DNA from: Chitinophaga pinensis
Lineage (GTDB): Bacteria > Bacteroidota > Bacteroidia > UBA4408
Direction of reading: 5' to 3'
Assembly: GCA_945861665.1 (NCBI GenBank)
Contig: CAMAVS010000003.1
Coordinates: 273,362 to 337,361 of the forward strand
Length of the DNA stretch: 64,000 nt
Made by a program: the position numbers and the translations under genes. Under the pieces are notes generated by a model. That model saw only the letters and a list, made by a program, of their open reading frames with translations. It did not search any database and was not told the DNA's origin. Shown here piece after piece: positions 55,906 to 64,000 of the stretch (the stretch's first letter is position 1; each line of letters begins with the position of its first letter).

Positions 55906-56577
55906 CTAAAGTCCTTCCCTATCGTATTTATACTTATCAGTCCAGAATAGAGTTTTCATTGTACTATAATAGACGTATTCACTTATATTACCTAAGCTAT
56001 CGTAATTGCTGGTGAATCTCGAATCAAATTTTCCTAGTTTATTGTATCTAATATCTTCAATCTCTTTCCCTTTATTATTGTATTTGTATACGCATTTTAC
56101 ACCTAATATTCCATTACCATCGTAATCAATTCTTTCAACAAGGTTTCCTGCACTATCGTATCGAATGATAGTTTTTGTTACAAGTGTTTTATAAAAATCG
56201 TAATAATTACTTTCGCTAAGCTTTCCCTGTTCGTTATATCCAAATGTATAATGTCCATCTAAGCTTCCATCAGGATTGAAAGTTTTTTTTTCAATATTTT
56301 TCCCTTGCGAATCATACAAAAAAGCAGTTCGGTATTTTATGTTACCATTGGGTTCGTAGCCAATCGTTTCAATAATATTTTCTTTGTCGTTAAAGGTAGA
56401 ATAAAATTTAGCAAGTAATTTACCATTCTCAATGTTTTTTGATTTTGGATTAACTTCATATTCGGATTGAACCAAGCTCTTTACTTTCCCTTTCAGTTGA
56501 TAATCGATATTGTCATTTTGAGCTTGAGTATTAGATACCGTAATTATAAATGAAGAAATTAAAAGTAAACCTCTCAT
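55906..56577 (-). CDS. Hypothetical secreted protein with short YD-like repeats.
   Basis: Signal peptide; repeated Y.YD..G.L/I-type motifs (RYDSAGNLVERIDYDGNG, YNEQGKLSESNYYDF). Confidence 0.4.
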   Translation of the reverse strand: MRGLLLISSFIITVSNTQAQNDNIDYQLKGKVKSLVQSEYEVNPKSKNIENGKLLAKFYSTFNDKENIIETIGYEPNGNIKYRTAFLYDSQGKNIEKKTFNPDGSLDGHYTFGYNEQGKLSESNYYDFYKTLVTKTIIRYDSAGNLVERIDYDGNGILGVKCVYKYNNKGKEIEDIRYNKLGKFDSRFTSNYDSLGNISEYVYYSTMKTLFWTDKYKYDREGL

Positions 56578-57452
56578 TACTTATTATTCACCAAAGCAAT
56601 GTGCTTTCCGTCTTTGCTGAGCGCAAGGCGACTGATGTTTTTAATGCCGTAAATATATAGGTCGGCAATGGGTTTCCATTGTTTGTCTTTTTGCATATCG
56701 AACATAAACAACCAACCGCCTTTTGCCATAAAAAACGTATGGTCATTGGGCATTGCAATGTCCTCGCTTTTATCAATTGTTTTTACAATTTTCTTTATAT
56801 CCTTTGTTTCAATGTCAACTGAACATATCCATCTAACGGAATCAATTAATTGCGTAAAAATAACAGAATGTCCATCTGCACCTTTTATAATCGCGCGACC
56901 AATATCCTTTGCCAATAGCGTAGTTTTATCACTTTCCACATCCATTAATTGTAAGGTAAATGGTTTTGTAAGCAGGAATACAGCAATTTTTGTATCGTTT
57001 ATCCAGCAGTGGTATCCAATGGAGTCGATGTGTTTATTTACCAACAAAGGTTTTTTAGTTTTTACATCGAATTTCCATAAGCGTTGTGTCGAATCACTTT
57101 CTACACGAACACTTGAAATAAATTTTCCATCACTGGTAAATGTAGGGGAATACTCACTTTCGGGCGTTTGTGTATATTTTTCTGTTTTTTTTGTTGCAAT
57201 GGTGTATTTGTAAAAGTCGGCTTGTTTGTCTCCAAAGATGGCAGTGTATAAAATATACGAAGCATCGGGTGCAAATGCTGGTTGATTGTCGTAACCCTCC
57301 CGGTTGGTAATGTTTATACCATTTTTAAAAGTGTATTCATTTTTCTGGTTTTCCATATCCAGCAGCCAAATTTCGGTACCTGTTGGTATTTGTGACAACA
57401 ACTTACTGCTTGAAATCACAAGGGAAAATAATATCCTGAAAATATTTTTCAT
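56577..57452 (-). CDS. Hypothetical secreted beta-propeller-like (TolB/PD40-like) protein.
   Basis: Signal peptide; 291 aa with repeated hydrophobic-strand/turn patterns. The stop overlaps the downstream gene's start. Confidence 0.35.
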   Translation of the reverse strand: MKNIFRILFSLVISSSKLLSQIPTGTEIWLLDMENQKNEYTFKNGINITNREGYDNQPAFAPDASYILYTAIFGDKQADFYKYTIATKKTEKYTQTPESEYSPTFTSDGKFISSVRVESDSTQRLWKFDVKTKKPLLVNKHIDSIGYHCWINDTKIAVFLLTKPFTLQLMDVESDKTTLLAKDIGRAIIKGADGHSVIFTQLIDSVRWICSVDIETKDIKKIVKTIDKSEDIAMPNDHTFFMAKGGWLFMFDMQKDKQWKPIADLYIYGIKNISRLALSKDGKHIALVNNK

Positions 57453-57461
57453 CTATTCTAT

Positions 57462-58664
57462 TTATTGTTGTTTGTAAAATGTGCTACTTGGATGAAATGT
57501 TTTCCACGAATTGTAATATTCCTGTGATGCAATAATAGCTTGTAGTTTTTGCCCTTTCAGTTCACCTTCGGTACATTCGCCTTTCCAGTTCCAATTTGAT
57601 CTTGTTTCTGTATCAAGCAAATTGTTTGTGTTATCCAATGAAAAAGCAAGTGTCTTTCCATTCACAATGCGGTTCCAAGAATGAAAGGAAAGGGTATCGC
57701 TTTCCAAAGCAAGTACAATTGGCGTATTGTTAAGTATATCATTAATGCTTCTTTCTTTTACTAAGTCCGACCATAGATAGGCTTTGGCTTCATTGTTTAC
57801 TTCTATACCTACTACCCAGTTGCGTGGAAAAATTCTATCAGCACTTTCTCGTTTTCTGTCTCTATATTTATCAAAGGATGCAAATCCAAACATTTTATAA
57901 CCCTCACCGCTATTTGGGTCGGGTTGCATAATAAGACTGTTAGGATGTGTGCTTAACCAAGATGCCAAGGTAACTTGCTCACACAAAATTTCATTTAGTT
58001 TTTCGCCTTTTAAAGGTCCTGCAATAAAATCACCAGTTGCTTGACACCACCAACTGCCTGTTTCTTTTTCACGAAAAGTAGCATTGTATTGTAGTGCACC
58101 GATAAGATCGAGTTCTAGGTTTTTATTGTTGAAAATTGTAGAGAATATATTTCCTGTACGGCACATAGTACAATAAGTTGCAATGATGTTCTCATCTCCA
58201 ATCTTATCTTTTACCTGATGGTGGTATGCTAACAATTTAACGGGGTAAGCTTTTGCAATACCATTCCTTTCAATTCCCAATACTATAGTAGATGCAGGTA
58301 ATTGATTTTTATCTGGTGTTAAGAAATTTGTCTCAACAGGTTCTTTAAAGAGGGTAGGAGCCGAAAACTTTCTACTTAAAACACTTGTTGAAACGCAAAC
58401 GAGCGTTAAGAAAAATAGCCATACTTTTTTCCCTATACTTCCATAAATGGCAATATTCAATACGGGGATTATTACAAGTATCACTCCAATTAATATATAA
58501 AATGGTTTAAAATTGTAAATGAAGTAAGCCGGTGATACAGACCTAAATTCTTGACTTCCAGGCATAGGCATCATCAAATATAGCAGAAGTATATTTGGTA
58601 GAATAATTAAAAGAACCCCTATTGTTAGAAGTAATGTTTTGTATTTTAAGTAGGGTAAATTCAT
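57462..58664 (-). CDS. Hypothetical membrane-anchored protein (three N-terminal transmembrane helices plus a ~300-aa soluble domain, possibly DUF3179-like).
   Basis: 400-aa ORF; the DUF assignment is from memory and weak. Confidence 0.35.
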   Translation of the reverse strand: MNLPYLKYKTLLLTIGVLLIILPNILLLYLMMPMPGSQEFRSVSPAYFIYNFKPFYILIGVILVIIPVLNIAIYGSIGKKVWLFFLTLVCVSTSVLSRKFSAPTLFKEPVETNFLTPDKNQLPASTIVLGIERNGIAKAYPVKLLAYHHQVKDKIGDENIIATYCTMCRTGNIFSTIFNNKNLELDLIGALQYNATFREKETGSWWCQATGDFIAGPLKGEKLNEILCEQVTLASWLSTHPNSLIMQPDPNSGEGYKMFGFASFDKYRDRKRESADRIFPRNWVVGIEVNNEAKAYLWSDLVKERSINDILNNTPIVLALESDTLSFHSWNRIVNGKTLAFSLDNTNNLLDTETRSNWNWKGECTEGELKGQKLQAIIASQEYYNSWKTFHPSSTFYKQQ

Positions 58665-58767
58665 AGTATGTTTTATTTAATTGTGTTTTCAGTATGATGA
58701 TTTTGTAATTGTTGAATGAATACTATTTACTTAGATACATAACAAAAGTGCAAAAAGGAGATTTTAT

Positions 58768-60543
58768 TTAAAAGCAATATTTATTTTCTTTAATCAATTT
58801 GTCTGCAATTCGTCTTCTTGCTTCTTTAGTATTTAAAGGTTCTGTTTTGGTAAATCGTTTCAAGCCCATTAGCATCATGCGTTGTTCATCGCCTTCAGCA
58901 AAGGAATTGATGGCATCTTTACCATATTTGTTTAGTCGGTCGGCAGCATCGTTTATGCATACGTGCATAATGTCAATCTGTTGAGTGCAATTTTCTTCTC
59001 TCCTCAAACTTACTAATTTTTCTACTCGTAACTGCAAGGATTCAGCAATGTATAATTCAATGAGCATATCGGCAATGTTCATCAATATTTCTTGCTCCTT
59101 TGATAATTGCATCATTAGCTTTTGTACTGCCGACCCCGCAACCATTAAGGTAGCTTTTTTGAAATTGGCTATGTGTTTTTTTTCTGCTGCAAATAGGGTA
59201 GTGTCCTCTGCTTCAAAATCGGGAATGCTCATTAGCTCTCCTGCAACTTTGTTAGCCGGACCCAATAAGTCGAGTTCACCTTTCATTGCGCGCTTAAGCA
59301 TCATATCCATAATGAGCATACGGTTTATTTCATTTGTTCCCTCAAATATTCTATTGATACGAGAGTCTCTGTATGCTCTTTCCATTGGCGCTTCTGCCGA
59401 ATAGCCCATTCCACCATATATTTGTACACCTTCATCTACAACATAATCCAATGTTTCGGAGCCGTGAACTTTAAGAATAGCAGCTTCAACAGCAAATTGT
59501 TCTACCCCTTTTAATATGGCTTTTCCTTTGTTTAATCCACCTGTAATTAATGTGCTAATCGCATCTTCAATATTTTGTGTTGCTCTGTATAAAGCTGCTT
59601 CACAAGCATAAATTCGTATTGCTTGTTCGGCTAATTTATAACGAATGGCTCCATACTTTGAAATGGGTCTGCCAAACTGTTGACGCTCATTCGAATATTG
59701 CACCGATTGGCTTGCAACTTGTTTAGACGCACCCAAGGCAGCAGCAGCCAATTTAATGCGTCCCATATTCAAGATATTTACTGCTATTTTAAATCCATTT
59801 TGTCTTTCAGATAATAAATTTTCAACGGGAACTTTACAATCATTAAAAAACACTTGTCTGGTAGAACTTCCTTTGATTCCCATTTTATCTTCTTCCGGAT
59901 TCAGTGTTATTCCACCGAAATTTTTTTCTACGATAAATGCACTTAGGGTTTCATCGTTGTCAATTTTCGCGAAGACAGTAAATATATCTGCAAATCCACC
60001 GTTGGTGATCCACATTTTTTGCCCGTTTAACAAGTAGTGTTTTCCATCTGCTGAAAGCACAGCTTTCGTTTTACCTGAGTTTGCATCCGATCCGGCATTG
60101 GGTTCGGTAAGACAGTAACAGGCTTTCCATTCACCGTTTGCTAATTTTGGAATATACTTTTTCTTTTGTTCTTCGTTACCATAATACAAGATGGGCAATG
60201 TTCCTATTCCTGTATGCGCTGCAATGGATACAGAAAATGAATGTCCGGCTCCTAAACTTTCTGTAGCCAACATACCCGTTACAAAGTCTTTTTCAAATCC
60301 ACCGTATTCTTCTGGAACATTCAATCCTAATAAACCAAGCTCAGCTGCCTTGTCTAGTAATTTTACAGCGAGTCCATCTTCTTGCGAATCCAGTCTATCC
60401 AATACCGGGCGTACCTCTTGTTTTAAGAAGTCTTCACAAGTTTGAATAATCATTTGTTGCTCTTCAGTACTTTCTTCCGTTATGAATATTTCTTTGGCTT
60501 CTGTTTCTTTGATTAGGAATTCTCCTCCTTTTGTTGTTGGCAT
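58768..60543 (-). CDS. Long-form acyl-CoA dehydrogenase.
   Basis: ACAD motifs (CLTEP.AGSD, YRDSRIN.IFEGTNEI) plus a C-terminal extension. The start is taken at ATG 60543 (MPTTKGG...). Confidence 0.9.
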   Translation of the reverse strand: MPTTKGGEFLIKETEAKEIFITEESTEEQQMIIQTCEDFLKQEVRPVLDRLDSQEDGLAVKLLDKAAELGLLGLNVPEEYGGFEKDFVTGMLATESLGAGHSFSVSIAAHTGIGTLPILYYGNEEQKKKYIPKLANGEWKACYCLTEPNAGSDANSGKTKAVLSADGKHYLLNGQKMWITNGGFADIFTVFAKIDNDETLSAFIVEKNFGGITLNPEEDKMGIKGSSTRQVFFNDCKVPVENLLSERQNGFKIAVNILNMGRIKLAAAALGASKQVASQSVQYSNERQQFGRPISKYGAIRYKLAEQAIRIYACEAALYRATQNIEDAISTLITGGLNKGKAILKGVEQFAVEAAILKVHGSETLDYVVDEGVQIYGGMGYSAEAPMERAYRDSRINRIFEGTNEINRMLIMDMMLKRAMKGELDLLGPANKVAGELMSIPDFEAEDTTLFAAEKKHIANFKKATLMVAGSAVQKLMMQLSKEQEILMNIADMLIELYIAESLQLRVEKLVSLRREENCTQQIDIMHVCINDAADRLNKYGKDAINSFAEGDEQRMMLMGLKRFTKTEPLNTKEARRRIADKLIKENKYCF

Positions 60544-60570
60544 TTTCTCTAAATTAAGTATTTGTTTGAC

Positions 60571-60594
60571 CACTAAGGCACTAAGTTCACTTAG
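60571..60594. promoter_or_regulatory. Palindromic motif copy (CACTAAGGCACTAAG-TTCA-CTTAG) in the fadA-ACAD intercistronic gap.
   Basis: Contains CTAAG-GCA-CT(A/T)AG palindrome units; one of four related copies. Confidence 0.35.
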
Positions 60595-60666
60595 TTTATT
60601 TTAAATGTGATTTAGTATTGATTTTTTTAATTGACTTTATTTTAGTTATGTAAATTTCTAAGTGTT

Positions 60667-60689
60667 ATAAGTGCCTTAGTGGTGGTTTT
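60667..60689. promoter_or_regulatory. Inverted copy of the motif (ATAAGTGCCTTAGTGGTGG).
   Basis: Reverse complement of CACTAAGGCACTTA with one mismatch, 85 nt from the first copy. Confidence 0.35.
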
Positions 60690-60700
60690 AAAGCGGTAAT

Positions 60701-61894
60701 CTAAAGCATCTCAAACACTCCCGCAGCACCTTGCCCCGTTCCTACACACATCGTTACAATTCCATATTTTTGCTTTCTTCTTTTTAGTTCATTGAATAGT
60801 TGTACTGACAGTTTTGCTCCAGAACAACCCAACGGATGACCCAATGCAATAGCTCCACCATTCACATTTATAATATCTTGGTTCAGCTTTAATTCTCTGC
60901 AAACGGCTAATGATTGTGATGCAAAGGCTTCATTCAGTTCAATCAGGTCGATTTGATTAAGATTCATTCCCGCTAATTTTAGTGCTTTTGGAATAGCGGC
61001 TACAGGACCAATTCCCATAATGCGCGGAGGAACACCTGCAGCTGCATAGCTTACCATCCGGGCTATAGGATTTAAGTTATTTTCTTTTAGGAATGTTTCG
61101 CTTACGACCATTACAAATGCAGCACCATCACTTGTTTGTGATGAATTACCTGCAGTCACACTTCCTGTCGTATCAAATACAGGCTTTAACTTTGACAGGG
61201 CATCCAATGTTGTATCGGCTCTCGGACCTTCATCTGTTTCAACAACATAATCCCTTATTTTCTTTTTTTCATTTTCGTCAATGTATGTTTCAGAAATATT
61301 TACTGGTACAATCTCGTCCTTAAACTTACCTTCCTGAATAGCTTTGATTGCTTTTTGATGTGAGTTGAAGGAAAAAACATCTTGGTCTTCACGATTTATT
61401 TTGTAATCATTTGCAACAGCTTCGGCGGTTAAGCCCATTCCCCAATAATGGTCGGGATGCGCTAATGCAACACCTGTGTGAGGAACAATTCTCCATCCAC
61501 CCATTGGAATTAAACTCATACTTTCAGCACCACCTGCAACAATGCAATCGGCCATACCGGCATTAATTTTTGCTGCGGCAATAGCGATTGTTTCTAATCC
61601 AGAAGAGCAATAGCGATTTACAATCATTCCGGGAACTTTATCTGTATTGAATGCCATCAATGAAATTAATCGAGCCATATTTAGTCCTTGTTCGGCTTCG
61701 GGCATTGCATTTCCAACAATTAAATCGTCTACCTGCTCATGTGAAACATTTGGAACAGTAGTCATTAGATGTTTTATTACATTAGCAGCTAGATCATCGG
61801 GACGAGTGAATCGAAACCCTCCTTTTGTAGCTTTTCCTACAGCAGTTCTATAACCGGCAACAATGTATGCATTCATATGTTTTATTTTTATCAC
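60701..61894 (-). CDS. fadA: Acetyl-CoA C-acyltransferase (3-ketoacyl-CoA thiolase).
   Basis: Thiolase active-site motifs (NRYCSSGLETI, NEAFASQ, GHPLGCSGA); 397 aa. Confidence 0.9.
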   Translation of the reverse strand: MIKIKHMNAYIVAGYRTAVGKATKGGFRFTRPDDLAANVIKHLMTTVPNVSHEQVDDLIVGNAMPEAEQGLNMARLISLMAFNTDKVPGMIVNRYCSSGLETIAIAAAKINAGMADCIVAGGAESMSLIPMGGWRIVPHTGVALAHPDHYWGMGLTAEAVANDYKINREDQDVFSFNSHQKAIKAIQEGKFKDEIVPVNISETYIDENEKKKIRDYVVETDEGPRADTTLDALSKLKPVFDTTGSVTAGNSSQTSDGAAFVMVVSETFLKENNLNPIARMVSYAAAGVPPRIMGIGPVAAIPKALKLAGMNLNQIDLIELNEAFASQSLAVCRELKLNQDIINVNGGAIALGHPLGCSGAKLSVQLFNELKRRKQKYGIVTMCVGTGQGAAGVFEML

Positions 61895-61943
61895 TAAGGC
61901 ACTTAGATTACTAATTTTAAGTGTACTTAGTGCCTTAATGGTG
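61892..61943. promoter_or_regulatory. Pair of motif copies (CACTAAGGCACTTAG ... CTTAGTGCCTTAATGGTG) in the HAD/ECH-fadA gap.
   Basis: A perfect CTAAG-GCA-CTTAG palindrome followed 20 nt later by a near-inverted copy. Confidence 0.35.
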
Positions 61944-61948
61944 AATTG

Positions 61949-64000
61949 TTAGTTTCGTAATATCTTGCTACCTATTAAAATACTCTGTAATCTTTCCAAT
62001 GTTTTTCTTTCTCCACACAAACTTAAAAATGCTTCTCTTTCTAAATCCAATAGATATTGCTCACTTACTAAAGTGGGAGCAGACAAATCACCACCACATA
62101 ACACCCACGCTAATTTTTGTGAAATTTTTGCATCGTGTTCGCTGATATAATGTCCGGATAACATCGAGTTTGCCCCCAAATAAGCCAATCCCAACGCTTG
62201 TTTTCCTAGCACACGAATATCTTTTCGGTGCAATGGCTTTGTGTAACCCGCCTCGGCTAATTCAATACAATTTAATTTAGCTTCACTTAATAGTCTGTTA
62301 CGAGAAACAACAACAACATCTTTTCCTTTTCGTAAATATCCCAAATCAAATGCTTCATAAGCAGATGTTGAAACTTTTGCCTGACCGATAGTTAGAAATT
62401 TATCTCGAAAATTATTCAATTCAATATCTCCTTCTTGTAACCCGTCTGATAAGCGAACAGCAAATTCTTTGGTGCCTCCGCCACCGGGAATTAATCCAAC
62501 GCCAAATTCTACCAATCCCATATAAGTTTCTGCGTGTGCAACAACCCTATCGGAATGCATAATCATTTCGCAAGCACCGCCTAATGCCATATTATGAGGA
62601 GCTACTACCACAGGAATATTTGAGTAACGAACACGCATCATTGCATTTTGAAAGGCTTTTATGGCAAAATTGAGCTCATCATATTCCTGTTCAACTGCCA
62701 TCATAAATATCATTCCCACATTCGCTCCTGCACTGAAATTTGCACCTTCGTTCGAAATAACCAATCCTCTAAAGTCTTTTTCGGCAATTTCAATAGCAGT
62801 GTTTATTCCCTGAATTACTTCTCCACCAATGGCATTCATTTTTGTATTCCATTCAAGGTTTAGTATACCATCGCCAATATCTGTTAGTATTGCGCCACTG
62901 TTTTTCCAAACTGTTTTTTCTCCACGAATGGTATCTAGTTGAATAAAGGATTCTGTCCCAGGAATTGTTTTGTATGATTTGGATGGAATGTCGTAATATT
63001 TTTTGTTCCCATTTTCCACTTTATAAAAAGTGGTTGCACCAGATGCAAGCATATCGTAAATCCATTGTGAAGGTTTATTTCCAACAACTTCCATTGCTTT
63101 AACAGTATCATAAACACCCAATCCATCCCAGGCTTCAAAGGGGCCTAATTTCCAAGCAAAACCGACATTCATTGCCGAATCAATTTTGTGTAAATTATCC
63201 GTAATCTCAGGAATACGATTGCTTACATAGGCAAATAAACCAAAGAAAGAAGCCCTGTAAAATTCACCTGCTTTATCTTTTCCGGCAATCAATATTTTCA
63301 TTCGGTCACGCAAATTATCAATTGATTTTGTAGCTTCAAGCGTAGCAAATTTTGGTTTTGTAGATGCTTTGTATTCAAGTGTTTTTAAGTCTAAGGAATG
63401 AATTTCCGACTTGCCATCAACACCTTTAACTTTCTTGAAAAATCCTTGTTCTGTTTTACTTCCCAACCATTTATTGGCTACCATTTTTGCAACGTAACCA
63501 GGGATCTTAAATACCTCTATGGCTTCGTCTTTCGGACAGCTTGTTGAAACACCATTTGCAACGTGAACCAATGTGTCTAAACCCACAACATCACAGGTAC
63601 GGAATGTTGCCGATTTTGGTCTTCCTAAAACAGGTCCTGTTAATTTATCTACCTCATCAATGCTTAAGTCCATTTTTTCTACTAGATGGAATAAACTCAT
63701 TATCCCATAAACACCTATTCTGTTTCCTATAAAGGCAGGAGTGTCTTTGCATAAAACAGTTGTTTTACCTAAATACAATTCACCGTAATGCATTAAAAAA
63801 TCAATTACTTCGGATGAAGTATTGGGTGTTGGAATTATTTCCAATAATCTTAAATAGCGTGGAGGGTTAAAGAAGTGTGTGCCACAAAAGTGTTTTTGAA
63901 AATCTTCGCTTCTGCCTTCATTCATTAAGTGAATAGGGATTCCTGAAGTATTTGAAGTAATAAGTGTTCCGGGTTTTCGATAGAGCTCTACTTTTTCAAA
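61949..64000 (-). CDS. Multifunctional 3-hydroxyacyl-CoA dehydrogenase (N-terminal) plus enoyl-CoA hydratase (C-terminal), 5'-partial.
   Basis: The ORF is open to the window edge. NAD-binding/HAD region ...HFFNPP...; crotonase fold ISNEGANFSAGANV downstream. Confidence 0.9.
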   Translation of the reverse strand, partial: FEKVELYRKPGTLITSNTSGIPIHLMNEGRSEDFQKHFCGTHFFNPPRYLRLLEIIPTPNTSSEVIDFLMHYGELYLGKTTVLCKDTPAFIGNRIGVYGIMSLFHLVEKMDLSIDEVDKLTGPVLGRPKSATFRTCDVVGLDTLVHVANGVSTSCPKDEAIEVFKIPGYVAKMVANKWLGSKTEQGFFKKVKGVDGKSEIHSLDLKTLEYKASTKPKFATLEATKSIDNLRDRMKILIAGKDKAGEFYRASFFGLFAYVSNRIPEITDNLHKIDSAMNVGFAWKLGPFEAWDGLGVYDTVKAMEVVGNKPSQWIYDMLASGATTFYKVENGNKKYYDIPSKSYKTIPGTESFIQLDTIRGEKTVWKNSGAILTDIGDGILNLEWNTKMNAIGGEVIQGINTAIEIAEKDFRGLVISNEGANFSAGANVGMIFMMAVEQEYDELNFAIKAFQNAMMRVRYSNIPVVVAPHNMALGGACEMIMHSDRVVAHAETYMGLVEFGVGLIPGGGGTKEFAVRLSDGLQEGDIELNNFRDKFLTIGQAKVSTSAYEAFDLGYLRKGKDVVVVSRNRLLSEAKLNCIELAEAGYTKPLHRKDIRVLGKQALGLAYLGANSMLSGHYISEHDAKISQKLAWVLCGGDLSAPTLVSEQYLLDLEREAFLSLCGERKTLERLQSILIGSKILRN

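Noticed and set aside
1-64000. Mobile elements, integrases, tRNA/rRNA genes, CRISPR-Cas and toxin-antitoxin pairs.
   Set aside because: No transposase or integrase-like ORF, no tRNA-like T-loop (GGTTCGAATCC-type) sequence, and no short direct-repeat/spacer array was found by eye. I cannot exclude small ncRNAs without covariance-model searches.

Overview
This is a low-GC (~35%) chromosomal window from a Bacteroidota genome; gliding-motility and type IX secretion (T9SS) features suggest a Flavobacteriia or Sphingobacteriia-like organism. It is densely coding, with about 50 genes and no rRNA, tRNA, CRISPR array, IS element or integrase that I can support.

Main contents, in order:
- **1-6674:** the 3' 4.8 kb of a giant SprB-repeat adhesin with a T9SS type-B C-terminal domain, followed by its PorP/SprF partner and an outer-membrane protein.
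- **6675-16152:** a TauE/SafE exporter, a polysaccharide block (GT4 glycosyltransferase, flippase, AsnB-like amidotransferase), a BNR-repeat T9SS cargo protein and an OmpA/TPR/PD40 protein.
- **16158-16738:** a frameshifted acpH.
- **18308-22084:** a 1258-aa regulator (Reg_prop propeller repeats, Y_Y_Y domain, transmembrane helix, PP2C/SpoIIE phosphatase) whose DNA carries near-identical tandem repeats and in-frame insertions.
- **22420-33135:** wza-rfbC-wecA-like genes, a lytic transglycosylase, serS, TPR and lipoproteins, pssA and an FG-GAP T9SS cargo protein.
- **33315-41473:** cvpA, an M1 aminopeptidase, and a System I cytochrome c maturation cluster (ccmB, ccmC, ccmD-like, ccmE, ccmF) in which CcmE carries the variant CXXXY heme motif.
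- **41544-45690:** gpx, bshB1, an M43 T9SS protease and an orphan OmpR-type response regulator coupled to a PAP2 phosphatase.
- **45687-50875:** a crcB 5' stub, then two alkaline-phosphatase/NPP-family genes. The second is fused to TPR repeats and a C-terminal PAPS-type sulfotransferase domain and is coupled to cysC (APS kinase).
- **50880-58664:** an acyl-CoA carboxylase carboxyltransferase, a PlsC-like acyltransferase, a metallophosphoesterase and three unknown genes.
- **58768-64000:** a beta-oxidation operon (3-hydroxyacyl-CoA dehydrogenase/enoyl-CoA hydratase, thiolase, acyl-CoA dehydrogenase) whose intercistronic gaps carry a repeated palindromic motif.

The best candidate for an undescribed system is the NPP-TPR-sulfotransferase/CysC sulfation module.
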